A stretch of 64,000 bases of DNA, taken from the human T2T-CHM13v2.0 reference genome, Homo sapiens. Under the pieces are notes generated by a model, which worked only from the letters and a program-made list of their open reading frames with translations, did no database searches and had not been told where the DNA came from. Both the position numbers and the translations under genes were made by a program. Positions 36,378 to 64,000 of the stretch are shown piece after piece. Where the stretch lies: the NCBI RefSeq assembly GCF_009914755.1, contig NC_060947.1; one strand, written 5' to 3'. Every line of letters starts with the position of its first letter. Position 1 is the stretch's first letter.

Positions 36378-36386
36378 CTCAATTAT

Positions 36387-36715
36387 TTCACCTTGGTATT
36401 CAAACTTATTAATATGATAATGGGTATATCACTCTCTTGTATATTTGAAAACTTTTTCTGTATATTTTGCTATAAGACTCTTGTTGACCATGATGCTTCT
36501 TATAGGGTCCTATTTTTTTAAACAGGTTTTACTATTGTATTGGTATTTTTAAAGAACCAGCTTTTGAACTTATTGAACAACTTTATTATGTTTATAATTT
36601 CTATTTTATTAATTTCTATATCTTCATTACTTTCCCCTATGTTCTTTGTGCTTAGAGGTTAATGCATTGTTCTTTCATAAACTTCTTAAGTTAAATGCCC
36701 AATTAAATAATTTTC
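36387..36715 (-). mobile_element. Old L1M ORF2 fragment
   Basis: Degenerate antisense ORF2 (tttaaagaaccagctttt). Confidence 0.55.
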
Positions 36716-36719
36716 AATC

Positions 36720-36937
36720 TTTTTTTTTTTTTTTGAGACAGGGTCTCGCTCTGTCACCCAGGCTGGAGGGTGGTGGCGTGATCTCGGCTCACTGCAAGCT
36801 CCACCTACTTACAGGCGCCTGCCACCATGCCCGGCTCATTTTTTTGTATTTTTAGTAGAGACGGGGTTTCACTGTGTTAGCCAGGATGATCTCAATCCCC
36901 TGACCTCATGATCCGCCCACCTCAGCCTCCCAAAGTT
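36720..36937 (-). mobile_element. Truncated, internally deleted AluY-like SINE
   Basis: gagacagggtctcgctctgtc...gctccacct|acttacaggcgcc...cccaaagt; Alu 5' end is missing. Confidence 0.85.
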
Positions 36938-36957
36938 ATTTAGTTATTTAGTTATTA

Positions 36958-39112
36958 TTTTGCTTGTTAGTTGATGCAGTTTCTTCCTAGCTTCGATGGT
37001 CTTTACAATTTGGCATGTTTTTGCAGTGGCTGGTACCGGTTGTTCCTTTCCATGTTTAGTGCTTCCTTCAGGAGCTCTTTTAGGGCAGGCCTAGTGGTGA
37101 CAAAATCTCTCAGCATTTGCTTCTCTGTAAAGGATTTTATTTTATTTTATTTATTTTATTTTATTATTTTATTTTATTTTATTTATTTTATTTCTCCTTC
37201 ACTTCTGGAGATTAGTTTGGCTGGATATGAAATTACGGGTTGAAATTTCTTTTCTTTAAGCATGTTGAATTTTGGCCCCCACTCTCTTCTGGCTTATAGA
37301 GTTTATAGTTTATAGAGTTTGTGCCAAGAGATCAGCTGTTAGTCTGATGGGCTTCCCTTTGTGGGTAACCCGACCTTTCTCTCTGGCTGTCTTTACAATT
37401 TTTTCCTTCATTTCAACTTTGGTGAATGTAACAATTATGTGTCTTGGAGTTGCTCTTCTCGAGGGGTATCTTTGTGGTGTTCTCTGTATTTCCTGAATCT
37501 GAATATTGGCCTGTCTTGCTAGATTGGGGAAGTTCTCCTGTATAATATCCTGCAGAGTGTTTTCCCACTTGGTTCCATTCTCCCCATCACTTTCAGGTAC
37601 ACCAATCAGATGTAGGTTTGGTCTTTTCACATAGTCCCATATTTCTTGGAGGCTTTGTTTATTTCTTTTTATTCTTTTTTCTCCAAACTTCTCTTCTTGC
37701 TTCATTTCATTCATTTGATCTTCCATCACTGATACCCTTTCTTCCAGTTGATCGAATCAGATACTGAGGCTTGTGCATTCATCACATAGTTCTGGTGCCA
37801 TGGTTTTCAGCTCCATCGGGTCCTTTAAGGACTTCTCTGCATTGGTTATTCTAGTTAGCCATTCATCTAATCTTTTTTCAAGGTTTTTAACTACTTTGCC
37901 ATGGGTTCGAAATTCCTCCTTTAGCTCGGAATAGTTTGATTGTCTGAAGACTTCTTCTCTCAACCCGTCAAAGTCATTCTCCATCCAGTTTTGTTCCACT
38001 GCTGGTGAGGAGCTGCATTCCTTTGGAGGAGGAGAGGTGCTCTGATTTTTAGAGTTTACAGTTTTTCTGCTCTGTTTTTTCCCCATCTTTGTGGTTTTAT
38101 GTACCTTTGGTCTTTGATTATGGTGACATACAGATGGGGTTTTGGTGTGGACGTCCTTTCTATTTGTTAGTTTTCCTTCTGACAGCCAGGACCCTCAGCC
38201 TCAGTTCTGTTGGAATTTGCTGGTGGTCCACTCCAGACCCTATTTGCTGGGGTATCAACAGCAGAGGCTGCAGGACAGCGGATATTGGTGAGCAGCAAAT
38301 GTTGCTGCCTGATCGTTCCCCTGGAAGTTTTGTCTCAGAGGAGTACCTGGCCGTGTGGGGTGTCAGTCTGCCCCTACTGTGGGGTGCCTCCCAGTTAGGC
38401 TACTCAGAGGTCAGGGACCCACTTGAGGAGGTAGTCTGTCTGTTCTCAGATCTCCAACTGCGTGCTGGGAGAACCACTACTCTCTTCAAAGCTGTCAGAC
38501 AGGGACATTTAAGTCTGCAGAGTTTTCTGCTGCCTTTTGTTTGGCTATGCCCTGCCCTCAGAGCTGGAGTCCACAGAGGCAGGCAGGCCTCCTTGAGCTG
38601 CGGTGGGCTCCACCCATTTCGAGCTTCCCAGCTGCTTTGTTTACCTACTCAAGCCTTGGCTATGGTGGATGCCCCTCCCCCAGCCTCACTGCTGCCCTTC
38701 AGTTTGATCTCAGACTGCTGTGCTAGCAATGAGCAAGGCTGTGTGGGTGTAGGACCCTCTGAGCCAGGCACGGGATATAATCTCCTGGTGTACCGTTTGC
38801 TAAGACCATTGGAAAAGTGCAGTATTAGGGTGAGAGTGACCCGATTTTCCAGGTGCCATCTGTCACCCCTTTCTTTGACTAGGAAAGGGAATTCCCGGAC
38901 CCCTTGCACTTCCTGGGTGAGGCGATTCCTCACCCTGCTTCAGCTCACACTTGGTGCACTGCACCCACTCCCCTGCACCCACTCTCTGACACTCCCCAGT
39001 GAGATGAACCCGGTACCTCAGTTGGAAATGCAGAAATCACCCATCATCTGTGTCACTCACGCTGGGAGCTGTAGACTGGAGCTGTTCCTATTCGGCCATC
39101 TTGGCTCCATCC
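36958..39112 (-). mobile_element. L1PA4/5-like 5' portion (5'UTR + ORF1); ORF2 and 3' end deleted
   Basis: 5' start ...ggagccaagatggccgaataggaacagctcc; ORF1 fragments 37757-38086 and 37310-37729; ends in the inter-ORF spacer. Confidence 0.92.
37134..37192. repeat. (ATTTT)n microsatellite expanded inside L1 ORF1
   Basis: gattttattttattttatttattttatttt... replaces the single gattttattt seen in other copies. Confidence 0.9.
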
Positions 39113-39141
39113 CCCCAGGCCATCAATTTCACCTTGGTTGA
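38662..39141 (+). CDS. ORF0: L1 ORF0-like antisense ORF, C-terminally extended (159 aa); coding status unproven
   Basis: MVDAPPPASLLPFSLISDCCASNEQGCVGVGPSEPG... matches ORF0 MAGAPPPASLPPCSLISDCCASNQRDSVGVGPSEPG; lies within open frame 38089-39141. Confidence 0.5.
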   Translation: MVDAPPPASLLPFSLISDCCASNEQGCVGVGPSEPGTGYNLLVYRLLRPLEKCSIRVRVTRFSRCHLSPLSLTRKGNSRTPCTSWVRRFLTLLQLTLGALHPLPCTHSLTLPSEMNPVPQLEMQKSPIICVTHAGSCRLELFLFGHLGSIPPGHQFHLG

Positions 39142-40550
39142 GGTCTCACAGTTTGCCTTTTTTGAGAAATTAGTCATTTATTGTATGTTATCTAATTTAT
39201 AAAAATAAAGTTGCTCATACTAGTCCCTTACTATAATTTAAATGTTTTTAGGATCTGCAGTCAAGTCCTATTTTTTTTCTTGTTATTCTGATGTGTGTCT
39301 TTTTTCTTTTATCTTTGTGTTTCTTGTTAGAGATTTATCAATTTTACTATTTTTTGAAGAAACAGATTTTTAAGAAATTTAACTGCTATATTGAGGTATA
39401 ATTGAAATACATCATACTACATATATTTAATGCATACATTTAATGAGTCTAAACACATGTGAAACTCATTATACCTTCACCACAATAGAGGTAATAATCA
39501 TATTCAACACCTTACAATTAGCCTTAGTGTCTCCCTCTTTTTTTGTGTGTGGTTAGATCAATTAACATTGGATCTACTCTCTTGACCAATTTTGAAATGC
39601 ACAATACTGTATTTTTAACTGTTTTATTAATTTTTCTATTGGTTACTCTTTTAAATGTATTTTGTTTCTAGTCCTGCCTTTTATTAATCTTGCTGCTTGT
39701 TGAATTCATTTTGCTCTTTTTAATGTAATTTATTGAGTTAGGAACATAGATTACAGATTTAAGACCTTTCTTCTTTTCTAGGGGGTCTTAGTCCATTTGT
39801 GTGGCTATAAAGGAATACCCGACGCTTGGTAATTTATAAAGAAAAAACCTTTACTTTACTCACACTTTTTTTCTTTTTGCTAAAAGAATGAGCATCTGGT
39901 GAAAGCTTCAGGCTGCTTAGGACCTAATATAGCAAGGAATTACTCATTACTAAGAGGGCAGAGGACAGCACCAAGCCATTCATGAGAGATTCCCCTCGAT
40001 GACTTTTCTTCCATTAGGCTCCACCTTCAACATTAGGAATCAAATTTCAAGATGAGGTTTGGAAAAGCAAACATCCCAACTATAGATTAGTGTGAGAATT
40101 TAGTAGTATAAATTTCTCTCTTAGCATTGCATTAGCCACCTCTTCCAAATTTTGTTATGACATTTTAATTGTTATTCAATTCGATGCATTCTTATTTCCT
40201 TTAATATTTTCTCTTAGACCTATGAATTATTTCTATATATGTCACTTAAATTCCAAGTGTTTAAAGATTTTCCTGTTGTCTTTCAATTATTGATTTCTAG
40301 TGATTTTATTACAGTCAGAGAATATACTCTGTAAGATTTCAACTATTTCAAATTTTTTTTTCCTAGGACTCAAGGTATGGTCTCTATTGTTGCATGTTTT
40401 ATGGGTTGTTGAAAAAAACTATATACTCTGCTGCTATGGGGTGAAGTGTTCTACATATGTCAATTATTTCCAGTTAGATGATTCCATTTTTCAGATCTTC
40501 TATAGCTTTCTCGTTTTCTGTCTAGTAGTTCTATCATTTGTTATGTTAGG
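39120..40550 (-). mobile_element. Old L1M fragments
   Basis: Degenerate antisense ORF2 (atttatcaatttt...aagaaacag; tcagagaatatactctgtaagatttc). Confidence 0.55.
39785..40087 (-). mobile_element. MaLR LTR (MST/MLT1A-like)
   Basis: tcttagtccatttgtgtggctataaaggaatacc...ggtaatttataaagaaaa...aatcaaatttcaagatgaggtttgg. Confidence 0.75.
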
Positions 40551-41385
40551 TTGTTAAATTGAGATATTTCTAACTTTTTGATTGGGGCATTTTACTGCTA
40601 TAAATTTTCCTCTTAACACTGCCTTAGCTGTGTCCCAGAGATTTCAGTATGTTGTATCTTTGTTCTCATTAGTTTCAAAGAACTTGATTTCTGCCTTAAT
40701 TTCATTTACCCAGTAGTCTTTCAGGAGCAGGTTATTCAATTTCCATGTAATTGTAGTTGTGAGTGAATTTCTTAGTGCTGATTTCTAATTTGGGTTGTGG
40801 TCTGAGAGAGTGGTTGTTAGGATTTCAGTTTTTATAATTTGCTAAGGAGTGCCTTATGCCTGATTATGTAAATGAATGTAGAGTATGGGTCATGTGGAAA
40901 TGAGAAGAATGTATATTCTGTTGTTTTGGGATGGAGAGTTCTGTAGATGTCTATCAGGTCTATTTAATCAAGTGCTGAGTTGAGGTCTTAAATTCTTTGT
41001 TAATTTTCTGTCTCAATGATCTGTCTAATGCTATCAGTGGGGTATTAAAGTCTCCCACAATTATTGTATGAAAATATAAGTCTTCTGTAGATTTCTAAGA
41101 ACTTGCTTTATTAATCTGGGTGCTCCTGTGGTGGGTGCATATATATTTAAAATAGTTAGGTATTCTTGTTAAATTGAACCCTTACCATTAATGTAGTGCC
41201 CTTTTTTGTGCTTTTTGATCTTTCTTGGCTTAAAGTCTGTTTTGTCTGAGATTAGGATTGCAACATGTGCTTTTATCTGTTTTCCATTTGCTTGGAAGGT
41301 TTTTCTCCACCCCTTTATTCTGAGACTATGGGTGTCATTGCATGCAAGATGGGTCTCTTGAAGGCAGCATACCAATGTACATTGA
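40551..41385 (-). mobile_element. Older L1P ORF2 endonuclease region (host; resumes at 47555-47705)
   Basis: CCLQETHL...KGWRK fragment (41169-41375); continuity across the inserted L1. Confidence 0.8.
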
Positions 41386-41389
41386 TTAC

Positions 41390-47548
<6,159 letters not shown>

Positions 47549-47705
47549 TCTCTGCATTGGTTCTTTATCCATCTTGCCACTCAATGCCTTTTAATTGGGG
47601 GCATATAGCCCATTTTACATTCAATGTTAACATTGATATGTATGGATTTGATCCTGTCATCATGAATTTAGCGGGTTTTTATGCAGACTTGATTTTGTGG
47701 TTGCT

Positions 47706-48528
47706 GAAAAGGAGATAGTTTCCCCATTGCCTGTTTTTGTCAGATTTGTCACAGATGAGATGTTTGTAGATGTGTGGTGTTATTTCTGAGGTCTCAGTTC
47801 TCCTCCATGTTTTGGTACCAGTACCATGCTGTTTTGGTTACTGTATGCTTGTACTATAGTTTGAAGTTAGGTAGCATGATGCCTCCAACTTTGTTCTTTT
47901 TGCTGAGTGTTCTCTTGGTTATATGGGGACTTCTTTGATTCCATATAAAATTTAAAATAGTTTTTCTAATTTTGTGAAGATTGTCAATGGTAGTTTGATG
48001 GGAATAGCATTGAATGTAGAAATTAATTTGAGCCGTATGGCCATTTTCATAATATAGGTTCTTCCTACCCATAAGGATGGAACGTTTCTCCATTTGTTTG
48101 TGTCCTCTCTTGTTTCCTTGAGCAGTGGTTGGTAGTTTTCCTTGAAGAAGTTTTTCACATCCTGTGTTAGACATATTCCTAGATATCTTATTCTCTTTGT
48201 AGTGATTGTAAATTGGAGTTCATTCATATTTGGCTCTCTGCCTGCCTATTGTTGGTATAAAAGAATGCTTGTGATTTTTGCACACTGATTTTGTATTCTG
48301 AGACTTTCCTGAAATTGCTTATCAGTGCAAAAAGATTTTGGGCTGACATGATGGGGATTTCTGAATATAAAACCACGTTGTCTGCAAACAGAGACAACTT
48401 GACTTCCTCCCTTCCTATTTGAATATGCTTTATTTCTTTCTCTTCCCTGATTGCCCTGGTCAGAACTTCCAATACTATGTTGAATAGGAGTGGTAAGAGG
48501 TGGCATCCTTGTCTTGTGCTGGTTTTCA
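47706..48528 (-). mobile_element. Older L1 ORF2 RT fragment (host of the left palindrome arm; its 5' part is missing)
   Basis: ORFs 48224-48529 and 47952-48227; abuts the T tract of the next L1. Confidence 0.85.
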
Positions 48529-54026
<5,498 letters not shown>

Positions 54027-54362
54027 ACCTGACCCCTGAACCATGAGCAGCCTAAATGGGAGGCACCCCCAATAGGGGCAGACTAACACCTCACACGGCC
54101 AGGTACTCCTCTGAGAAAAAAATTCCAGAGGAACGATCTAATAGCAGCATTCGTGGTTCACGAAAAATCACTGTTCTGCAGACACCACTGCTGATACCCA
54201 GGCAAACAGCGTCTGGAGTGGACCTCTAGCAAACTCCAACAGACCTGCAGCTGAGGATCCTGTCTGTTAGAAGGAAAACTAACAAACAGAAAGGACATCC
54301 ACACCAAAACCCCATCTGTACATCACCATCATCAAAGACCAAAAGTAGATAAAACCACAAAG

Positions 54363-55378
54363 ATGGGGAAAAGACAGAGCAGAAAAACTGGAAACTCTAA
54401 AAAGCAGAGCACCTCTCCTCCTCCAAAGGATCGCAGTTCCTCACCAGCAATGGAACAAAGCTGGACAGAGAATGACTTTGACGAGTTGAGAGAAGAAGGC
54501 TTCAGACGATCAAACTACGAGCTACAGGAGGAAATTCAAACCAAAGACAAAGAAGTTAAAAACTTTGAAAAAAATTTAGACGAATGTATAACTAGAATAA
54601 CCAATACAGAGAAGTGCTTAAAGGAGCTCATGGACCTGAAAGCCAAGGCTCGAGAACTACGTGAAGAATGCAGAAGCCTCAGGAGCTGATGCGATCAACT
54701 GGAAGAAAGGGTATCAGCGATGGAAGATGAAATGAATGAAATGAAATGAGAAGGGAAGTTTAGAGAAAAAAGAATAAAAAGAAATGAACAAAGCCTTCAA
54801 GAAATATGGGACTATGTGAAAAGACCAAATCTATGTCTGATTGGTGTATCGGAAAGCGACGGGGAGAATGGAACCAAGTTGGAAAACACTCTGCAGGATA
54901 TTATCCAGGAGAACTTCCGCAATCTAGCAAGGCAAGACAACATTCAGATTCAGGAAATACAGAGAACGTCACAAAGACACTCCTCGAGAAGAGCACCTCC
55001 AAGACACATAATTTTCAGATTCACCAAAGTTGAAATGAAGGAAAAAATGTTAAGGGCAGCCAGAGAGAAAGGTCGGGTTACCCACAAAGGGAAGCCCATC
55101 AGACTAACAGCGGATCTCTCGGCAGAAACTCTGGAAGCCAGAAGAGTGGGGGCCAATATTCAACATTCTTAAAGAAAAGAATTTTCAACCCAGAATTTCA
55201 TATCCAGCCAAACTAAGCTTCAGAAGTGAAGGAGAAATAAAATACTTTACAGAAAAGCAAATGCTGAGAGATTTTCTCACCACCAGGCCTGCCCTAAAAG
55301 AGCTCCTGAAGGAGACACTAAACATGGAAAGGAACAACCGGTAGGTACCAGCCGCTGCAAAATCATGCCAAAATGTAA
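54363..55378 (+). pseudogene. L1 ORF1 pseudogene (mirror copy 52638-53653, minus strand)
   Basis: MGKRQSRKTGNSK...; premature TGA at 54687 and frameshifts are shared by both arms. Confidence 0.92.
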
Positions 55379-55441
55379 AGACCATAGAGACTAGGAAGAA
55401 ACTGCATCAACTAACGAGGAAAATAACCAGCTAACATCATA

Positions 55442-59264
<3,823 letters not shown>

Positions 59265-59482
59265 ACAATGAGAGCACATGGACACAGGAAGGGGAACATC
59301 ACACACCAGGGACTGTTGTCGGGTAGGGGGATGGGGGAGGGACAGCACTGTAAGTTATACCTAATGCTAGATGACGAGTTAGTGGGTGCAGTGCACCAGC
59401 ATGTCACATGTATACATATGTAACTAACCTGCACATTGTGCACATGTACCCTAAAACTTAAAGTATAATAATAGAAAAAAAA

Positions 59483-59850
59483 GGAAAATGTAGTACATAT
59501 ACATTTTGAAATACTATACAGCCACAAAAAAAGAATGAGATTATGTCCTTTGCAGGGACATGAATGAAGCTGGAAGCCGTCTTCCTCAGCAAACGAATAC
59601 AGGAACAGAAAACCAAACACCGCATGTTCTCACACATAAATAGGAGTTGAACTTTGAGAACACATGGACACAGAGACGGGAACAACACACACTGGGGCCT
59701 GTTGGGGAGTGGAGAGTTAGGGGGAGGAACTTAGAGAATGGGTCAATAGGTGCAGCAAACCACCATGTCACACACATACCTATGTAACAACCCTGCACCT
59801 TCTGCATATGCATCTTGTTTTTTTTTTTTTTAGAAGAAATATAAAGGGAA
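59483..59850 (+). mobile_element. Older L1PA 3' end (L1PA8A-like), host of the right arm; upstream part missing
   Basis: gaaaatgtagtacatatac...gggtcaataggtgcagcaaaccacc...tttttttagaagaaat. Confidence 0.75.
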
Positions 59851-60044
59851 AAAAATTAACTCAAAAGTAATCTTAGATCTAAATGTAAAACCTAAAACTA
59901 TAAAACTTCTAGATGAGAACATAAGAGAAAAATCCCTGTGACCTCGACTTACTTAAAGAGTTCTTAAATAATGACACAAAATTGTACTCCGTAAAAGAAC
60001 AGATTAATAAACAATTTTATCAAAATTTGAAAAAAATTTGCTCA
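59851..60044 (+). mobile_element. Old L1M ORF2 fragment
   Basis: aattaactcaaaa...taaatgtaaaacctaaaactataaaacttctag. Confidence 0.65.
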
Positions 60045-62560
60045 GCCTTTGCTTGTCTAAGAAGAACCTTATTTCTTCTTCACTTAAGAAGCTTAGTTTG
60101 AACCCCATAAAAAGTGGGCAAAGGATATGAACAGACACTTCTCAAAAGAAGACATTTACGTAGCCAAAAGACACATGAAAAAATGCTCATCATCACTGGC
60201 CATCAGAGAAATGCAAATCAAAACCACAATGAGATACCATCTCACACCAGTTAGAATGGCAATCATTAAAAAGTCAGGAAACAACAGATGCTGGAGAGGA
60301 TGTGGAGAAATAGGAACACTTTTACACTGTTGGTGGAACTCTAAACTAGTTCAACCATTGTGGAAGACAGTGTGGCAATTCCTGAAGGATGTAGAACTGG
60401 AAATACCATCTGACCTAGCCATCCCATAACTGGGTATATACCCAAAGGATTATAAATCATGCTGCTATAAAGATACATGCACATGTATGTTTATTGTGAC
60501 ACTATTCACAATAGCAAAGACTTGGAACCAACCGAAATGTCCATCAATGATAGACTGGATTAAGAAAGTGTGGCACATATACGCCATGGAATACTATGCA
60601 GTCATAAAAAAGGATGAGTTCATGTCTTTGTAGGGACATGGATGAAGCTGGAAACAATCATTCTCAGCAAGCTATCACAAAGACAGAAAACCAAACACCC
60701 TATGTTCTCACTCATAGGTGGAATTGAACAATGAGAACACTTGGACACAGGGTAGGGAACACCACACACCGGGGCCTGTTGTGGGGTTGGGGGAGTGGGG
60801 AGGGATAGCATTAGGAGATATACCTAATGTAAATGATGAGTTAATTGGTGCAGCACACCAACATGGCACATGTATACATATGTAACAAACCTGCACATTG
60901 TGCACATGTACCCTAGAACTTAAAGTATTTTAAAAAAAAAGCTTAGTTTGGCCAATTATAAAATTCTGGGTTGGAATTTCTTTAAGAATGTTAAATATTG
61001 ACCCCCAGTTTCTTATGGCTTGTAGGGTTTCTGCTGAGAGTTCTGCTGTTATTCTAATGGGCTTCCCTTTGTAGTTAACCTGACCTTTCTCTCTATCTGG
61101 CTTCAACATTTTTTCTTTCATTTCAACCTTGGAGAATCTGATGATTATGTGTCTTGGGGATGACCTTCTCATGAAGTATCTTACTGAGACTGAGGTTCTC
61201 TACATTTTCTGAATTCGAATGTTGGCCTCTCTAGCTAGGTTTGGGAAGTTATCATGAATGATATCCTGAAATTTTTTTTCCAAGTTGCTTCCACTCTCCC
61301 CATCTCTTTCAGGGAAACCAGTGAGTCATAGGTTTGGTTTCTACATAATCCCATATTTCTTTTAGGTTTTTTTGGTTCCTTTTCATTCTTTTCTTTCTAG
61401 TCTTGTCTGACTGTCTTATTTCAAAAAGCCAATCTTCAAGCTCTTAGACTCTTTCCTCCACTTGGTCTATTCTGCTTTTAATACTCGTGATTGCATTATA
61501 AAATTATTTCAGTGTGTTCTTCAGGTCTATCATGTCAGTTCTTGGAGGGTTTTTTTTGGTTCCTTTTCATTCTTTTTTTTTTCTATTCTTGTCTGACTGT
61601 CTTATTTTAAAAAGCCGGTCTTCAAGCTCTTAGATTCTTCCCTCCACTTGGTCTATTCTGCTATTAATACTTGTGATTGAATTATAGAATTATTTCAGTG
61701 TGTTCTTCCACTCTATCGTTACAGTTACATAGTTTTCTATGCCGGCTATTTTGTCTGCAGCTACTGTGTCATTTTATTGTGATTCTTATCTTCCTTGGAT
61801 TGGGTTTCAATGTAGTCCTGCATCCCAATAATCTTTATTTGTATCTATATTTTGAATTCTATTTTTGTCATTTCAGTCATCTTAGCCCAGTTCAGAGCCC
61901 TTGCTAGAGAGGTGATATGTTCATTTGGAGGTAAGAAGGCACTCTGGCTTTTTTAGTTGTCAGGGTTATTGTGCTCATTCTTTCTCATCTTTGTGGGCTC
62001 ATGTTTCTTTAATCTTCAAAGTTACTGACCATTGGGTGAGGTTTTTTTTTCTTTTATCCTATTTGATGACCTTGAGGATTCTATTGAGTTATAAGGTGCA
62101 TTCAGCCAACTGGCTTCATTTCTGGAAGATTTTAGGAAGCCAGTGCTCAGCTCCCAATTCCTGGGTTGCATGCTGTAACTTTGAGGGAATTGCATTGAGC
62201 TCCATCCTTGTTTTCTGGCTCCTCGAAGTTGGAAATCTACTGCACTGGGTGTGGGAGGGGCATGAGGTGCTCCCAGACTGTTGGTCACTACACTTTGATG
62301 GGTAGTGTCAGCCAAAGAGTTTTATCATGTGAAAGAAGTAAAATCTGTCCTTCTTTGCACATGCCAGCAGCAGAGGGAGCATGGCAGGATTCATGCTCAT
62401 CAGCTACAGTAGGGTGCTGGTAGGTGCCAGGGTGCCTGCCTCTGTGCAGGCATTTATCACAGTGGTGGAAGCTATGTGTCTAGGGAGGATGGAAGGGGCT
62501 GCTAGAAACTGTGTGTGCCCTTGTGTTGGTGGCGGTGTTGGCACAGATTTAGAGGAGCTA
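60045..62560 (-). mobile_element. Older L1P ORF1/5' region, interrupted by the 60101-60938 L1; carries a ~186-bp tandem duplication
   Basis: ORF1 fragment RRSSPRHIIIRFSKVEMKEKML (60930-61172). Confidence 0.75.
60101..60938 (+). mobile_element. 5'-truncated L1PA4/5-like element with TSD aagcttagtttg
   Basis: TSD at 60089-60100 and 60939-60950; ORF2 C-terminus plus 3'UTR. Confidence 0.93.
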
Positions 62561-62695
62561 ACTTTGGGGCTCACTTTGCTTCTTGAATCTGTGATTTTGT
62601 GTCTTCTGCCACGTTAAGGAAGTTTTCAGCCATTATTTCTTCAGATTTCAGTCCCATTCTCTCTCTTCTCTCTTTCTGAAACTCTGATAATATGA

Positions 62696-63028
<333 letters not shown>

Positions 63029-63719
63029 CCTGAGGTTTTGATATTTTTTCAAGCTTATTTATTTATGTTTTTCAAATTAGTTTAATTCTACTGATCTGTT
63101 TTCAAGTTCACTAATTCTTTTCTCTGTCAATTTCACTCTACTACATCTAGCATGTTATTTGTTTCAGGTTATTGTATTTCTTCATTTTATAATTTCTGTA
63201 ATTTTCTTATATTTCTTTGCTGATTGTTTTATTCTTATTTATTTCAAGTGAATTCACGATGTCTTATTGAATTATTTTTATGATTGTTGCTTTGAAATTC
63301 TTGTCAGATAATTCTAGTATCTGATTCATTTCACTGTTAGCATCGGTTGTCTTTTCTCATTCAAGATTTAGTTTTCCTGTCCTTGTTATTATGGGTGACT
63401 TTTTAAATTGTGTCATTGATATAAGTTAGGATAATCTAAATTTTATTTAATTTTTTATTTTAACTGGAAGTCACTCTGTTTAAATTTGGCATGCAGGCAC
63501 CAACCTACTTTTCTGGGGTGTGGTTTCAGCAGCAGTCTGACCTGGTACTTGTTATTTCAGGATACCATCTGCCAATGATAAATGGAGAGTATTTCCAGGT
63601 CTGAGGGACTACAGTGCATTATTCCTTTTGCAGTTGTTTCCCGCTATGTGGTATTATTAGGTATGGAAAGTCTTCACTCATTTTTAATTTTTAAAAATGA
63701 TTTTAAGTATCATTTTTTA

Positions 63720-64000
63720 TGCATCATTTGTGGCAATATGGATAAGCCTGGAGGACATTATATTAAGCGAAGTAAGCCAAACACAGAAAGTAAAGTAGCA
63801 CATGGTATCACTCACATTTGGTAGCTAAAAAAGTTGCTCTCATAGAAGTAGAGAGAATGGTGCTTGGTAGAGGCAGAGAAGGGTAGCGGGGAAGAGGAAT
63901 AGTGAGAAGTTGCTTAACAGATAGAAAATTACAGCTAAACAGGGGAATAAATTCTAGTATTCTATAGCACAGTAGAGTGACTATAGTTAACAATAATTTA
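63720..64000 (+). mobile_element. L1MA-type 3' end fragment
   Basis: atggataagcctggaggacattatattaag...aattacagctaaacaggggaataaattctagtattctatagcacagtagagtgactatag. Confidence 0.8.

Overview
Primate (human-like) genomic DNA made almost entirely of retrotransposon relics. I see no host protein-coding exon, RNA gene or CRISPR array; nearly every long ORF is a decayed LINE-1 ORF1/ORF2 fragment or an antisense shadow of one. Contents: a MER4-group ERV 5' end (1-2129), a fragmented ERV1 provirus with PBS-Pro, gag start, env TM tail and two non-matching LTRs (2813-19161), several full-length or truncated L1PA elements (mostly minus strand), Alus, MaLRs, MIRs and MER5. The standout feature is an ~11 kb head-to-head L1 palindrome (48529-59482) centred on 54008 with only a 39-bp spacer. 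Its inner ~4.5 kb arms are almost identical, including shared inactivating mutations, while the outer ends are a mosaic of identical and diverged patches. Other rearrangement scars: a 591-bp inverted duplication with a homogenised outer part, an Alu-Alu inversion with swapped TSDs, an Alu insertion-associated deletion, a templated-filler junction, a short L1 3' transduction, and an extended L1 ORF0-like frame. Subfamily names come from recall of consensus sequences and need RepeatMasker/Dfam confirmation; all alignments were done by eye.
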